A stretch of DNA of 64,000 nucleotides from Alphaproteobacteria bacterium (GCA_964291395.2 OZ219856.1:1664001-1728000); one strand, 5' to 3'. Counted from the stretch's first letter, positions 38,278 to 48,536 are shown. The notes: generated by a model from the sequence alone, not told the origin. A program made the numbers and translations.

Positions 38278-39177
38278 CTACTCCGCGGCCACCGAAACCC
38301 CTTCCTGCTCGCAGGTGTTGGCGACGTCGGACACGGTGGCGCGCTGGATGTCCCGGCGCCAGCGTGCATCGTCGTACGCGAGTCCGCGGTGCAGCGTGCA
38401 GCGGTCGTCCCACATGACGAGATCGAACTGCCGCCAGCGGTGCGTGTAAACGAACTGGCGCCGGGTCGCGTGCGCGATGAGCTCGTCGACCAGCGCGTCC
38501 CCCTCCTCCGGCGACAGGCCGAGGACACGGCCGATATGCGAAGCGACATAGAGGGATTTCCGGCCCGATTCCGGGATCGTCCGCACCATCACTTGCGGCA
38601 CGGGCGGCAAACCGGCGTTCTCCTTCTCGCTGAAGTCGGTGAAACCGACGCGGGCGCGGGACGCCCTGAAGGAATGCTCGGCGACCATCCCTTCGAGGCG
38701 CCTCTTCATCCGCTCGGGCAGCGCGTCGTAGGCGGCGCGCGTGTCCGCATACTCGGTATGACCGCCGATCGGGGGGGTCTCGCGACCATAGAGCATCGAG
38801 ATCTTGGCGGGCACCCGCTTGAAGGTGCTGTCGGTATGCCACAGGCGATTGGCGAGGCGCATCAGGCGAATCCGGCTGTCCGCCCTCTTGATCCCATCGT
38901 CGATATCCAGATTGGAGAGGTCCTCGATCCCGCGCGGGGTGCGGGCCCGGTTCCCCTCGCGGTAGACCTCGAGCTTGGTCTCGAGCGGCCCGAAACAGGC
39001 GGCGAACTCGAGGTGCTGTTCCTGGGTCAGGTGCTGGCCGGGAAACACGAGTACGGCATACTTCCAGAAGGCGTCCGCGACGGCTTCGAGATCGGCGGGA
39101 TCGAGCGGCCGCGACAGATCTGCGTCGCCGACCTCGGCGACGAAGTCCGGCGTGACCGGACAGATCGTGATGGCCAT
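38278..39177 (-). CDS. TauD/TfdA family dioxygenase (TfdA/SdpA-like)
   Basis: NRLWHTDSTF, GGHTEYAD-x-RAAYDAL, GRKSLYVASH, WDDRCTLHRG. Confidence 0.9.
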   Translation of the reverse strand: MAITICPVTPDFVAEVGDADLSRPLDPADLEAVADAFWKYAVLVFPGQHLTQEQHLEFAACFGPLETKLEVYREGNRARTPRGIEDLSNLDIDDGIKRADSRIRLMRLANRLWHTDSTFKRVPAKISMLYGRETPPIGGHTEYADTRAAYDALPERMKRRLEGMVAEHSFRASRARVGFTDFSEKENAGLPPVPQVMVRTIPESGRKSLYVASHIGRVLGLSPEEGDALVDELIAHATRRQFVYTHRWRQFDLVMWDDRCTLHRGLAYDDARWRRDIQRATVSDVANTCEQEGVSVAAE

Positions 39178-39278
39178 CGACGCATCACTCCCGAGTTTGC
39201 GATACTCGGGGCATTGCATCATGCGGGGGCGCCGCGTTCAACCGTCGGCCGCCGCGCGATGCTCGATGGAGGACGCCC

Positions 39279-40223
39279 ATGAGCACCAGCAAGCAGCCCT
39301 ACTTCCCGCCCGGCACCGCATACGTCGACGGCGACTACCTGCCGTTGTCGGAAGCCCGTCTGCCGATCCTCGACTGGGGTTTCCTCCACGGGGACGCCAC
39401 CTACGACGTCGTGCACGTCTGGAAGGGCCGCTTCTTCCGGCTCGATGCCCATTTCGATCGGTTCTTCCGGAACGTGGACCGCATGCACCTCGAGATGGAG
39501 TTGGACAGAGACGGACTCGCCGCCATCCTCGCCGAATGCGTGCGCCGATCGGGCCTGGAAGACGCTTTCGTCGAGATGATCTGCACGCGGGGGATGCCGG
39601 CGATGCCGAGTCGCGATCCGCGGGACGCCATCAACCGGGTGTACGCTTTCGCCATGCCCTTCGGCTGGGTCGCCGACGAGAAGCAGCGCAAAAAGGGCCT
39701 TCATCTCCGCATCGCCCGGTCGGTAACGCGAATCTCGCCCCATGCGGTCGACCCCACGGTGAAGAACTATCACTGGCTCGATCTGATCATGGGGTTGTAC
39801 GAGGCCTACGACCACGAGGCGGAGAACGTCGTCCTGTGCGACGAGGCGGGCAACGTCACCGAAGGGCCCGGCTTCAACCTGTTCGCGCTGATCGACGGAC
39901 GAATGAAGACTCCGGCATCGGGCGTTCTCGAGGGAGTCACGCGGAAGACGGCCATCGACCTCTGCGAAATGATCCAGCTGCCGGTCGACGTCACGACCCT
40001 GCCGGCCGAACGGGTCAGAGGGGCGCAGGAGGTCTTCATCACGTCGACCGCCGGCGGCATCATGCCGGTCACCGTCATCGACGATCAGCCGGTCGCGGAC
40101 GGCGAGGTCGGCGAGACGACGCGCCGCCTCGACGGGCTCTACTGGGACAAGCACGACGACCCGGCCTGGAGCACGGGCGTCGACGAGCTCTTGCTGGAAT
40201 CGAAGCTCGCCGGCGTCTCCTGA
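39279..40223 (+). CDS. Class-IV aminotransferase, probable (R)-selective amine transaminase
   Basis: GFLHGDATYD, FRLDAH, DAFVEMICTRG, DPTVKNYHW, EGPGFN, LEGVTR, STAGG. Confidence 0.88.
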   Translation: MSTSKQPYFPPGTAYVDGDYLPLSEARLPILDWGFLHGDATYDVVHVWKGRFFRLDAHFDRFFRNVDRMHLEMELDRDGLAAILAECVRRSGLEDAFVEMICTRGMPAMPSRDPRDAINRVYAFAMPFGWVADEKQRKKGLHLRIARSVTRISPHAVDPTVKNYHWLDLIMGLYEAYDHEAENVVLCDEAGNVTEGPGFNLFALIDGRMKTPASGVLEGVTRKTAIDLCEMIQLPVDVTTLPAERVRGAQEVFITSTAGGIMPVTVIDDQPVADGEVGETTRRLDGLYWDKHDDPAWSTGVDELLLESKLAGVS

Positions 40224-40367
40224 GTCACGCCGACTTTCGCGGCCGGCCTTCCATGAGCGCCTCGAGGACGCCTTGAGGCTCCGACAGGGTCTCGCCCACG
40301 GGATCGGGAAACTCCCGAATCGAGTGGAAGGGCAAAGGTTTCTCGTTCTCGATGCCCTTGAGGCGCT
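40136..40367. repeat. Left ~230-bp direct repeat of the island (aminotransferase 3' end plus oxidoreductase 3' fragment)
   Basis: Matches 57290-57527 with scattered substitutions. Confidence 0.92.
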
Positions 40368-40400
40368 TCTTCGTGCCGGTCGCCGAGGACCCGCTGGCAC

Positions 40401-40823
40401 TCACTCCAGGACGGATCCGAGGAACTCCGCGACCGTTTGAACGAGAATGCCGGATGTCTCCTCCGGCCGGTTCATGAAGGGGCCGAAATCCCTCAGGTCA
40501 CCGGTCAAAAGACGAGTTGCCTGGCAGGTGACCGCCGCTTGGAAGATGGGCCGGTCCTTTTCGGCGAGCGCGGCAGGAAACGGGAGACCGGGACGGAGCT
40601 CGACGAGCGGAATGTCCCGCAGCAGCGCGTTCAGGCCATCCAGGGATCGAGGAAACTTCCGTGCGAGATTGCGGCGGGCCTCCTCGGACGCATAGAGACT
40701 TGCCGCAAGCGCCCAGTGCCCACGCTTGCCGAGCTCAGTGGTCAATGCCGCCTTGCCATTCGGGTTGTGCGCGGCGGTGAAGAGCACGTTGGTATCGAGA
40801 AGACAACTCACTCTATCCGACAC
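40401..40823 (-). CDS. PIN-domain (VapC-like) protein with no adjacent antitoxin
   Basis: LLDTNVLFTA, EEARRNL, KDRPI, LLTGDLRDF. Confidence 0.85.
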   Translation of the reverse strand: MSDRVSCLLDTNVLFTAAHNPNGKAALTTELGKRGHWALAASLYASEEARRNLARKFPRSLDGLNALLRDIPLVELRPGLPFPAALAEKDRPIFQAAVTCQATRLLTGDLRDFGPFMNRPEETSGILVQTVAEFLGSVLE

Positions 40824-41379
40824 CTAGCCCTGTCTGCGCCAACGTGCGTTCGAATAGTATAAAATATTGTAAATAATCTATTTTTACTGTCTTCACGGCC
40901 CATTTGATCCCTTATGTTCCCGCCTGGGATGCGCTTCAATACGCCTCGATTTTCGGCCAGTCGCTTTCGGTTTACTTACTGGCCTGAAGCCCTCTGGAGT
41001 CCGCCCGATCCGGCGGAGCGGAGAGCGCCCCCATGGTCGAGGAGCAACGCCACCCGCACATCGGTCTGCAGGATACCGGCCAAGCCGCGCAAGGGACGTT
41101 CGACCGAGCGGCAGCGCCGCCGCTTCACCACCGAGCGACAGACCACGACGGCAAGAGCACGTCATGATGCCCAACGCCACATGCAAATACTGCGGCTGGA
41201 GCGGGCCGGCAGACGGACGAGAACCGCTCAAGAACGTCTGGGAGCGCGCAGGATGACCGGTCCCGCCGCCCGTCACCCTCGCACGATCCGGAATCCATTC
41301 TGCGTCCCGCGGACGGCGGAGATCAGCTTCTCGGGTGGCCGTACCAGCGCTCTTACATGTTGAGGAATACCGTCGACGC

Positions 41380-43293
41380 CTATGGCGGTCGGTTAGGCGT
41401 ATAGACGTTGACGCTTGTATCACGGCCGCGCACATCCACCCGGGCCACGAAGCGGAAACGGTCGAAGCCGGCCGCCCGCGCGGTTTCCTCCGTCACCAGG
41501 ATGGTCGTACCGTGCCTCTTGTTCTCGGTTTCGAGGCGTGCCGCGAGATTGACCGTATCGCCGATCACCGTGTAGTTCAGGCGGCCTTCGGAACCGACGT
41601 TGCCGATGACGACCGGACCGGTGGCGATGCCGATGCGGGTGCGGAACGGTGTCCCGCCGGGCCCCACGAGTTCGGGATCGCTGGTTGTCATATCCAGGAA
41701 TTCCAAGGCGGCGTCGACGGCGTGCGCCGGGTGGTCGGGATCGCCGAGCGGTGCGCCGAATACCGCAAGCATCCCATCTCCCATGAACTTGTCCACGAAT
41801 CCCCCGTGGCGTTCGACCGCTGCCGCCGCGCTCGCAAGATAACGGTTGAGCGACCGGATCATTCGCTCGGGTGGCAAGCGTTCGCTGAGCGCGGTGTAGT
41901 CCGCGATGTCGCTGACCAGAACCGTGACCTCACGCCTTTCACCACCCAGTTCCGGCTTCTGGCCGGTTGCCAGTATTCCATCGACAACCACCGGTGCGAG
42001 ATAGAGCGAGAAGTAGCGGCGGATTGCGCGCCTTTCCCTGTCGGTCACAAAATATCGGTAACCCACGGCGACGGCTGCCGCAGCGGCGAGCGGGAGGGCG
42101 AGAGCCAGCCCCGGCAGAACCAAGCCGCCACGGAGCACGTAGGCCGATACAAGCGTCCACCCGACGACGAACACGAGAAGGCCCGCAGCCGACCTGCCAA
42201 CAGGGAACCGCTGAAAGGCCCAGGCCCACGCCACGGAGAGCAAGACTACGATCGCCATCTCAGACATCAGCCCTAGCGAATCCAGACCGGCGTTGCGCAC
42301 CAGGTTATTGATCGCTGTCGCCTGCACGATCACGCCGGGAATGAGTTGCCTGCGCGCGTCCGCCAGGAACAGGTCCTTCATGACCGGATGGACACAGCGC
42401 GGCGCCGGCCGGTCGCGCTCAGACCCGGTGATGAAGCGCTTCGAGGTCAGGATCCGGTCCTCGGCGTCCAGCACAGCACCGAACAGGACAATCTTGCCGT
42501 CGAAGTGCTGGCGAAAGTACGCGTCACGTTTGGGCTGCGGACATGCGTGGAGATCGGCGAGCGAGTAGACCGGAAAGTCTGCGGAACCCGAGTGAAAATT
42601 GAGCAGCAGCCCGTCCGCTTCTGGGGGAACGGGTACGAGGAGGCCGCTGAGGTCGGTACGATCGTGTTCCCTTCTCTCCGGCGCGACGTCAAGATGGCGG
42701 GCCGCAATCTCCAGTGCGAAGCTGGGCTCGAGCACGCTCCCCTGCGGCCCGGCCACACGGAACCAGAGCGGCACGCGACGGACTACCCCGTCCGGATCCG
42801 TGGAGACGTTGGCAAGACGAATGTTGCGGGCTCGCCCGACCACCACGGCATGACCGGGGAACGGGCTGATCGGTCCGGTCTGGTGCTGGACGCGCGCCAG
42901 CACCATCCGGTCGTCCTCGGCGCCTTGCCGCAGGGCGAGCAGCAGCGGGCGATCGTGTCCCGGGAAGTGTGCTTCCGCAGAGGTCGGGAGGATGAGGTCG
43001 AACCCGACCACGGACGCGCCGCCGTCGAGGACATCGCTCAGCACGCCACCGAGCTCGGGGGTCCACAACGCCTTGGGCGTGCCGCGGAAGGGCGGGCGGC
43101 GGTACGTCTCTTCATCAATAGCGACGATTGCGATGGGCGTGTCGGTAGGTCGAGGAGTGTCAAAGAGCCACGCGCGCAACAGCAGCAGCCCGTCCAAGGA
43201 CGGACCGCGCAACCAGTCAGCGAATCCTGAAAGCAGGATCAGTGCCGCGCACACAGCGGCGCCCACGATCGCCGGCATGTCCCGCCGCCTCAC
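41380..43293 (-). CDS. CHASE2-domain class III adenylate cyclase
   Basis: CHASE2 motifs (IVAIDEET, VGFD, DPDGVVRR, GKIVLFG, PGV); 3 TM helices; cyclase motifs SDIADYT, DKFMGDG, YTVIGDTVNLAARLE. Confidence 0.93.
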   Translation of the reverse strand: MRRRDMPAIVGAAVCAALILLSGFADWLRGPSLDGLLLLRAWLFDTPRPTDTPIAIVAIDEETYRRPPFRGTPKALWTPELGGVLSDVLDGGASVVGFDLILPTSAEAHFPGHDRPLLLALRQGAEDDRMVLARVQHQTGPISPFPGHAVVVGRARNIRLANVSTDPDGVVRRVPLWFRVAGPQGSVLEPSFALEIAARHLDVAPERREHDRTDLSGLLVPVPPEADGLLLNFHSGSADFPVYSLADLHACPQPKRDAYFRQHFDGKIVLFGAVLDAEDRILTSKRFITGSERDRPAPRCVHPVMKDLFLADARRQLIPGVIVQATAINNLVRNAGLDSLGLMSEMAIVVLLSVAWAWAFQRFPVGRSAAGLLVFVVGWTLVSAYVLRGGLVLPGLALALPLAAAAAVAVGYRYFVTDRERRAIRRYFSLYLAPVVVDGILATGQKPELGGERREVTVLVSDIADYTALSERLPPERMIRSLNRYLASAAAAVERHGGFVDKFMGDGMLAVFGAPLGDPDHPAHAVDAALEFLDMTTSDPELVGPGGTPFRTRIGIATGPVVIGNVGSEGRLNYTVIGDTVNLAARLETENKRHGTTILVTEETARAAGFDRFRFVARVDVRGRDTSVNVYTPNRPP

Positions 43294-43303
43294 CGGCGAT
43301 GCC

Positions 43304-43939
43304 TTAGAACGACAGCAGGCGCAGTAGGATCGGCCCGTTTCCTTCCTTGGCGTCCGCCGCGACCTTCACCACGACCGACGCGGCGCCGGCCTCGACCCGA
43401 TACGTTCCGCCACGCTGCAGGGGCGTTCCCAGTGCCGCCAAATCGGCAACGCCGTCGCGCGATGGGAACGTCAGCACCGATTCGCTACGGTCCAGGCGCC
43501 TCACACGCACGTGGGGCGCAGGCGATCTGGGCACGATGATTGGGGTTGTCGAGGCCAACAGCAACTCGTGTTCCGGGGAGGGGGGCTTGCGCATCACGAG
43601 GACCGCGCCCTGCTCGGCCTCGCTTCCGGTCAGTTCCGCTGTCGCGCCTCGGCAATCCAGCACTTTCGCCGATCGACGGCCACCCACGACGTGGCTGCGC
43701 TCGCGGCCGATGGTCACGACGCCCCCATGTACACGTTCCTGAATGCAACTCTGGAGATAGGCGATCAGTATCCGGGCCTTCGTACCGAGCTCGATGACCT
43801 GACCTTCCCGGAGATAGGTGAAGGACTTCACCGGCGCGCTGGCGCCGGCCTCTTCGACGATCGCGACCGGCTCCGCACCCTGGCCGGAACCCGACCAGAG
43901 CAGGATTGCGGCAACGGCGATGATGGGAATCGGTTTCAT
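43304..43939 (-). CDS. Secreted hypothetical protein, translationally coupled to the CHAT gene
   Basis: Signal peptide; ATGA overlap with the CHAT stop; Cys pair (YLQSC...LDC). Confidence 0.8.
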   Translation of the reverse strand: MKPIPIIAVAAILLWSGSGQGAEPVAIVEEAGASAPVKSFTYLREGQVIELGTKARILIAYLQSCIQERVHGGVVTIGRERSHVVGGRRSAKVLDCRGATAELTGSEAEQGAVLVMRKPPSPEHELLLASTTPIIVPRSPAPHVRVRRLDRSESVLTFPSRDGVADLAALGTPLQRGGTYRVEAGAASVVVKVAADAKEGNGPILLRLLSF

Positions 43940-46900
43940 GCTCCACTATTGCCGACTATGAAGAACGGGGACCAGAACAGGGGGTGGGCGTAGGCGAAGG
44001 CGTCCCGACCGTCGGGGAGGCGGTAGACGCCTGAGTCGAGGAGTTCGAGACTGGCGCGCCGCAACGCCTCGGGCCACACGCTTTGATCCTTCTTCTGACG
44101 CTCGAACAGCGCGGTAGTGAGCAGCCTCGCGCTCGACGTCTCCACTGGCCAGCCGCTGACCAAGAGCGACCGCGCGCCGGCATACAGGAACCCACGCGCC
44201 AGGCCTGAGATGGCCTCCGCTCCCTCGCCGTCGCCCGCCGCGGTGTTGCAGGCGGACAGCACCACCAGGTCGGCATCGAGCCGCAGGCTCAGGATCTCCG
44301 ACAAAGTGAGCAATCCGTCCTCGCCGCCGTGGTCGAACTGCGGTGCCGACAGCGCCAGCGCCGGCTGGCTGAGGCCGTCGAGATCCCCCGGCACCAGACC
44401 GTGCGTGGCGAACACCACGATCCGCCGGTCCGAGAGATCGGCGCTTTTGACCTGGCTTTCCGATGCGTCCTTGCCCACGAACACATCCTCGACCAGGTTT
44501 GCCCCGAGCGCCACGGCAATGGCTTCGACCTCGTCGCGGGTGTCGGGCAGCGGCGGCAAATCGGAAAGGCCCGCGCGTCTCAGGGTGAGCGTCGCCGGAG
44601 TGCTCCGCCGCCGGAGCCGTAGGCCCCGGGTCTCGAGCGAGGCAGCCGACGCCACCTGAACGTCTTCGGCCTGGCCAGGCCCGAACGCCGGATCGCCGAA
44701 TGCCACCAGCTCCCGTTGGGTCTTGGACGGTGCCGGAATGGCGCGACCGGCGACAAACGCCGCTTCGGAGGGCGCCACCGCGCTCGACCAACGCCGCGCC
44801 AGCCAGGGGACCTTCCGGTATTCGGCGAACAGGAGTCCATCGTCGGCGACCGGACGGGTCTCCTCGGTCGGCAGTACCGCCAGTGGAAGTTGCCCCATGG
44901 CGTCGTGGTTCACGATCACCAGGCGGAATGCTCTGTCGAGAGCGCGCCGGGCGGGGTGCAGCAGGTCGCGATAGAGCGACCAGGCGGCGGCAACGTCGAA
45001 TGCCGGAATGTCGCCAACCGTCGTCGCATTCGGTTCGAGCGCAGCGCGTAGCGGCTTGATGCGCTCCGCGAGAGCCGATCGCGACAGGTCGGCGTCGACC
45101 AGAGTCGGTGGACCCGACTTCGTTATCACAAACACCAAACCGCGGTGCTCGGTGAAGTAGAAGCTCACCAGCGCTTCGTCGGGCCTGAGAGCGCTCTGGA
45201 TCGCCCGATGGTCCGGCGGCTTTGGATTGATCAGAGAAGCATACTCTGGATAGCGCGCCTCAAGCTCCTCGACAATCTTGGCCCGGGCGGTCCGCAGGTC
45301 GTCAATCTGCGTCCTGAGCCTGGAGACAGTGGCCTCGGAGCCGCCACGCAGTGAAGCCCGCGCCAGTAGTGCGTAGAGGGACTCGATCTGGCGCTGCGCA
45401 TCCTGCTCCCGGCGCGCCAGTTCGGCGAGTTCCGGATCGCTGATCGCGGCCCGTGATACCCCAGCCGACACCGCCGCGGCGACCCTCTGGGCCCGCGCTT
45501 CGGCGGCAACCCGGAACGCCTCGTCGATCAGCTCCGGAGACCTGCCGCGAGCCAGCACCTCGGCCAGGGTGTCGAGGTAGACTTCGGCCAGATAGACGAA
45601 TCGCTGACGCACCAGGCTCGCGTCCGCATCGCTCGAGCGACGCGAACGGCTGGTCATGATCGCAAACGCTTCCCGGAACAGCGGCAAGGCCGACGCGGGA
45701 TCGCCCATGCGCGCAAGAAAGGCGGCCTTCAGGGCTTTCGCCTCGGCGCTCAGGTAGTGCTTCGAGCCCAGCCGCGCCGTGAGATTGCCGAGGTGATCGT
45801 CGATGACCATGCCGGTATCCTCCACCGGTCCGGTCAGGATCTCGCTGAGCAGACGATTGTGATCGTCACGCAGGAAACTGTCATATCCCAGCGGGTTGAT
45901 GCGTCGGAACTCGGTCTTGATTTCGTCGTACAGCGTCCGCGCGTCTGCGAACCGACGCCGAGCCAGCTGCGCTTCCGCCTGAATTTCGATGCAGTCGAGG
46001 CGCCCGCCCTCGAGACTGCCCCAGCCGAGTCCCAAGCCATCGCTGATGCCGCAGGCCTGGCGCCCGAGCGCCAGCGCGTCCTCAAGCCGTCCGGCGCGTA
46101 GATAAACCCTGCTCAATGTCGCGAGGAGGTCCGCAACGATGGAGGCGCGGGACGAGCCGCGGTGTTCCAGCTCCTGCAGCAGGCGTTTGCGAAGGACCAG
46201 CTCCGCCTCCTGCAGGTGGCCCTGCTCCTCGAGGTAGCGCGACAACCGCTGGAATGAATGGGAAACGTGGTTGAATACCCACTCTCCGCTGTACTTGGTC
46301 TGCGTGTGCGATATGAGAGACCGCACCGCCAGTTCGGCCGCGGTCCAGCGGCCTTCCGCGGCGGCGATCCTCTCCTGACCTATGTACAGGTGCATTCGGC
46401 GTGTCTTGCCGGCGCGCAGTGCTTCGACGTGCCGGAAATGCGCTTTGGCCTCATCGACGTCGCCGCGCCAGGCTGCGAATTGGATCAACTGGCTGTGATT
46501 CCTCTGTTTCGTCTCGTCGGGAGCTCGCCGCAGTCCCCTTCTGGCAATCTCGATCGCCCGCCTGAAATCGCCGCCTACGAACTCAGGCCAGGCGATTTCA
46601 CGGAGAAAATCGTCGAGATCCGACTCGATCTTGCTGGAATCGAATATATGAAGTGCCTGGCGTGCATCCTGTAGAGACCCCGGGATGTCTCCGACGGCAA
46701 GACGGACCCTCGCCCTGTCCCTGAGAAAGTCGGCGTGGCGTCCCGGGTTGTCCTTGATCGCGCGGCCGGGTTCGGCTTGGGCCTTGCGGCGGAGACGCAC
46801 GAACTCGTCCGTCTCCGCTGGGCGGTCGTAAGTTCCCACCAACTCGATAAGATCGTCGACAGAGCGCGGGGGAGCCTCAACGGTGCGTTCGACAAACTCG

Positions 46901-47016
46901 GTCGTGATCGACCTGGCTTCGTCGAGCGAGACGGTATGTTCAACCTTGCAGCCGGTGATCAACGCGACAAACGATAACGCCGCTCCGACGTTCGCTATCG
47001 TTGGTGCTGGGATCAT
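43936..47016 (-). CDS. TPR-like + CHAT domain (caspase-HetF family) lipoprotein
   Basis: Lipobox ITG-C; helical repeats; LPPLPDTRDE, FATHG (His), LSACNTA (Cys), GLARGFLYAGARSLLVS, HPLFWSPF. Confidence 0.9.
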   Translation of the reverse strand: MIPAPTIANVGAALSFVALITGCKVEHTVSLDEARSITTEFVERTVEAPPRSVDDLIELVGTYDRPAETDEFVRLRRKAQAEPGRAIKDNPGRHADFLRDRARVRLAVGDIPGSLQDARQALHIFDSSKIESDLDDFLREIAWPEFVGGDFRRAIEIARRGLRRAPDETKQRNHSQLIQFAAWRGDVDEAKAHFRHVEALRAGKTRRMHLYIGQERIAAAEGRWTAAELAVRSLISHTQTKYSGEWVFNHVSHSFQRLSRYLEEQGHLQEAELVLRKRLLQELEHRGSSRASIVADLLATLSRVYLRAGRLEDALALGRQACGISDGLGLGWGSLEGGRLDCIEIQAEAQLARRRFADARTLYDEIKTEFRRINPLGYDSFLRDDHNRLLSEILTGPVEDTGMVIDDHLGNLTARLGSKHYLSAEAKALKAAFLARMGDPASALPLFREAFAIMTSRSRRSSDADASLVRQRFVYLAEVYLDTLAEVLARGRSPELIDEAFRVAAEARAQRVAAAVSAGVSRAAISDPELAELARREQDAQRQIESLYALLARASLRGGSEATVSRLRTQIDDLRTARAKIVEELEARYPEYASLINPKPPDHRAIQSALRPDEALVSFYFTEHRGLVFVITKSGPPTLVDADLSRSALAERIKPLRAALEPNATTVGDIPAFDVAAAWSLYRDLLHPARRALDRAFRLVIVNHDAMGQLPLAVLPTEETRPVADDGLLFAEYRKVPWLARRWSSAVAPSEAAFVAGRAIPAPSKTQRELVAFGDPAFGPGQAEDVQVASAASLETRGLRLRRRSTPATLTLRRAGLSDLPPLPDTRDEVEAIAVALGANLVEDVFVGKDASESQVKSADLSDRRIVVFATHGLVPGDLDGLSQPALALSAPQFDHGGEDGLLTLSEILSLRLDADLVVLSACNTAAGDGEGAEAISGLARGFLYAGARSLLVSGWPVETSSARLLTTALFERQKKDQSVWPEALRRASLELLDSGVYRLPDGRDAFAYAHPLFWSPFFIVGNSGA

Positions 47017-47169
47017 GGACAGTCTTCGCCGACGACGATGCTCGGGAACCACCTGCAGACCGCGAGAGTAGTGGAAATTGTCCAAAGAGAGAATGTTCAT
47101 ATTCGACGTGAACCCGAAAACGCTGTGCGTAGCGTGCGGGGCTGCCTGCGGCGACCTGCGTGCACAGCT

Positions 47170-47630
47170 TCCGCGGAACCGGGATCACGGAGTACTTGCG
47201 CTTGAAGCTCTCCACCCAGTGCGTCTACAGACCGAAGGCCCCCGGATGCGCCAGATCATCGTGTGCGACAGCCCGGCCTCCTTCGCCAGCGAGCGCAACG
47301 ACCAGTAGGTCGCGACCGCCGACACCGCCGTGAGCGCCCGCTCGATCACTTCGGCCACCTTCTCATGCTCAATGGTCCGAGGGCGTGCCCGGCCAGGGCT
47401 CGTCCGACAGGCCCGTAGTGCGCTCCTTGAGGAAGCGCCATTGCCACATGCCCACGGTGTGCTCGTGCACCCCGATCTCGGCCGCCACCGCCTTGTTGCT
47501 CAGCCCGTCGGAGCAGTGCAGGATCATGCGGCAGCGATCCGCCTTTGAGCGCGCGATCCGGTGCCGCCGAACCTTACCCTCCAGGAACAACCGTTCCTCG
47601 TCACTCAAGACCAAGGCAGTCAGCGGCCGG
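47170..47630 (-). mobile_element. IS630-family transposase remnant (HTH part, frameshifted and truncated)
   Basis: LSDEER...ADRCRMIL...GLSNKAVAAEIGV...TVG-x-W-x-x-RF...GLSDEP; ATYWSLRSLA. Confidence 0.8.
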
Positions 47631-47661
47631 CGGCAGGAAATATCAGGGGAAAGAGCTTCAC

Positions 47662-47830
47662 ATGGCTTTCCCAGTCAAACATACGTGGTACCTCGTACCT
47701 TACGACGAACTGGTCGATGTCGTCGACCGCGCAACCGAGTGGCTCCACAGCAGCTCGTGGACAAGGGCCACTACAGTAGCCGGCACCCTTCGTTGGCGTT
47801 GCTGGAGGAGCTCTCCGGGTATGCCCTGAC
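47662..47830 (+). pseudogene. Fragment of a hypothetical protein next to the IS630 remnant
   Basis: MAFPVKHTWYLVPYDELVDVV...WLHSSSW / KGHYSSRHPSLALLEELSGYAL across a frameshift; lower GC. Confidence 0.4.
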
Positions 47831-47905
47831 GGCCTTCCTGGTCATAACCGCCGCCCCAAGTCAGACAAGTAGATTCGGGACATGCGCGGGAGGCCTTAGC
47901 AGGAC

Positions 47906-48395
47906 ATGAAGCTATTTTTGTTTTGCGTCTCGGAACGAAGAAAACATCTGGCTTGGCGTCAGAGCTAACAAATGGGCCGTAGCGACAGTTTCAGACTCGG
48001 CCATGCGTGGTCGCATCACCAAGGCAAAACGCTATTTCGTTCCAGGCGCGCGGCCTGCTCTATTGCAACCCGACCCAGTCTTTTACGGCACCATTCATCG
48101 CAAGAAGGCCGATCCAAGTTCCGTCGTTACCGATATCTGGCCCGAGGCCTGGGTTTTGCCATTCTCAATGCGACCGCTGGGTGATCCGCGCCGTCAAGTC
48201 CATAAGGACGATGCCCTGAAGCGGTGGTCGATGCTGGTCGAGCGGTTGCGCGATTACAATTCCGTGACCGCCACAATGAACATCACCGGAACAACCGTGT
48301 TCGTTCCGACGAACGTACCCGAACAGGCGTGGCAAATGATCTTGAAGGACCTTGCCATTGAGCCTGACTACGGCTCGCCTTTCCCTGAATTTTGA
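47906..48395 (+). CDS. Hypothetical protein, EVE/PUA-like; apparent frameshifts
   Basis: Joined frames give MKLFCFASRNEENIWLGVRANKWAV...PGARGLLYCN...DIWPEAWVLPFSM; lower GC. Confidence 0.5.
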
Positions 48396-48536
48396 TGGTT
48401 CCTTATCCAGCCGATCCAGTCTTTGTTTTTTCAATGCAGACGAATCGGGACCCGGGTCCGCCTTCGCCTCGGTCAGGGACTCGATCAGCCCCACCAACGT
48501 ACCGAAGTAGACACGTCGGCCGGGTCGCCGAACGGG

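Noticed and set aside
40893-41379. ORFs or an ncRNA between the PIN and cyclase genes
   Set aside because: No recognisable protein motif or RNA family; left unannotated.
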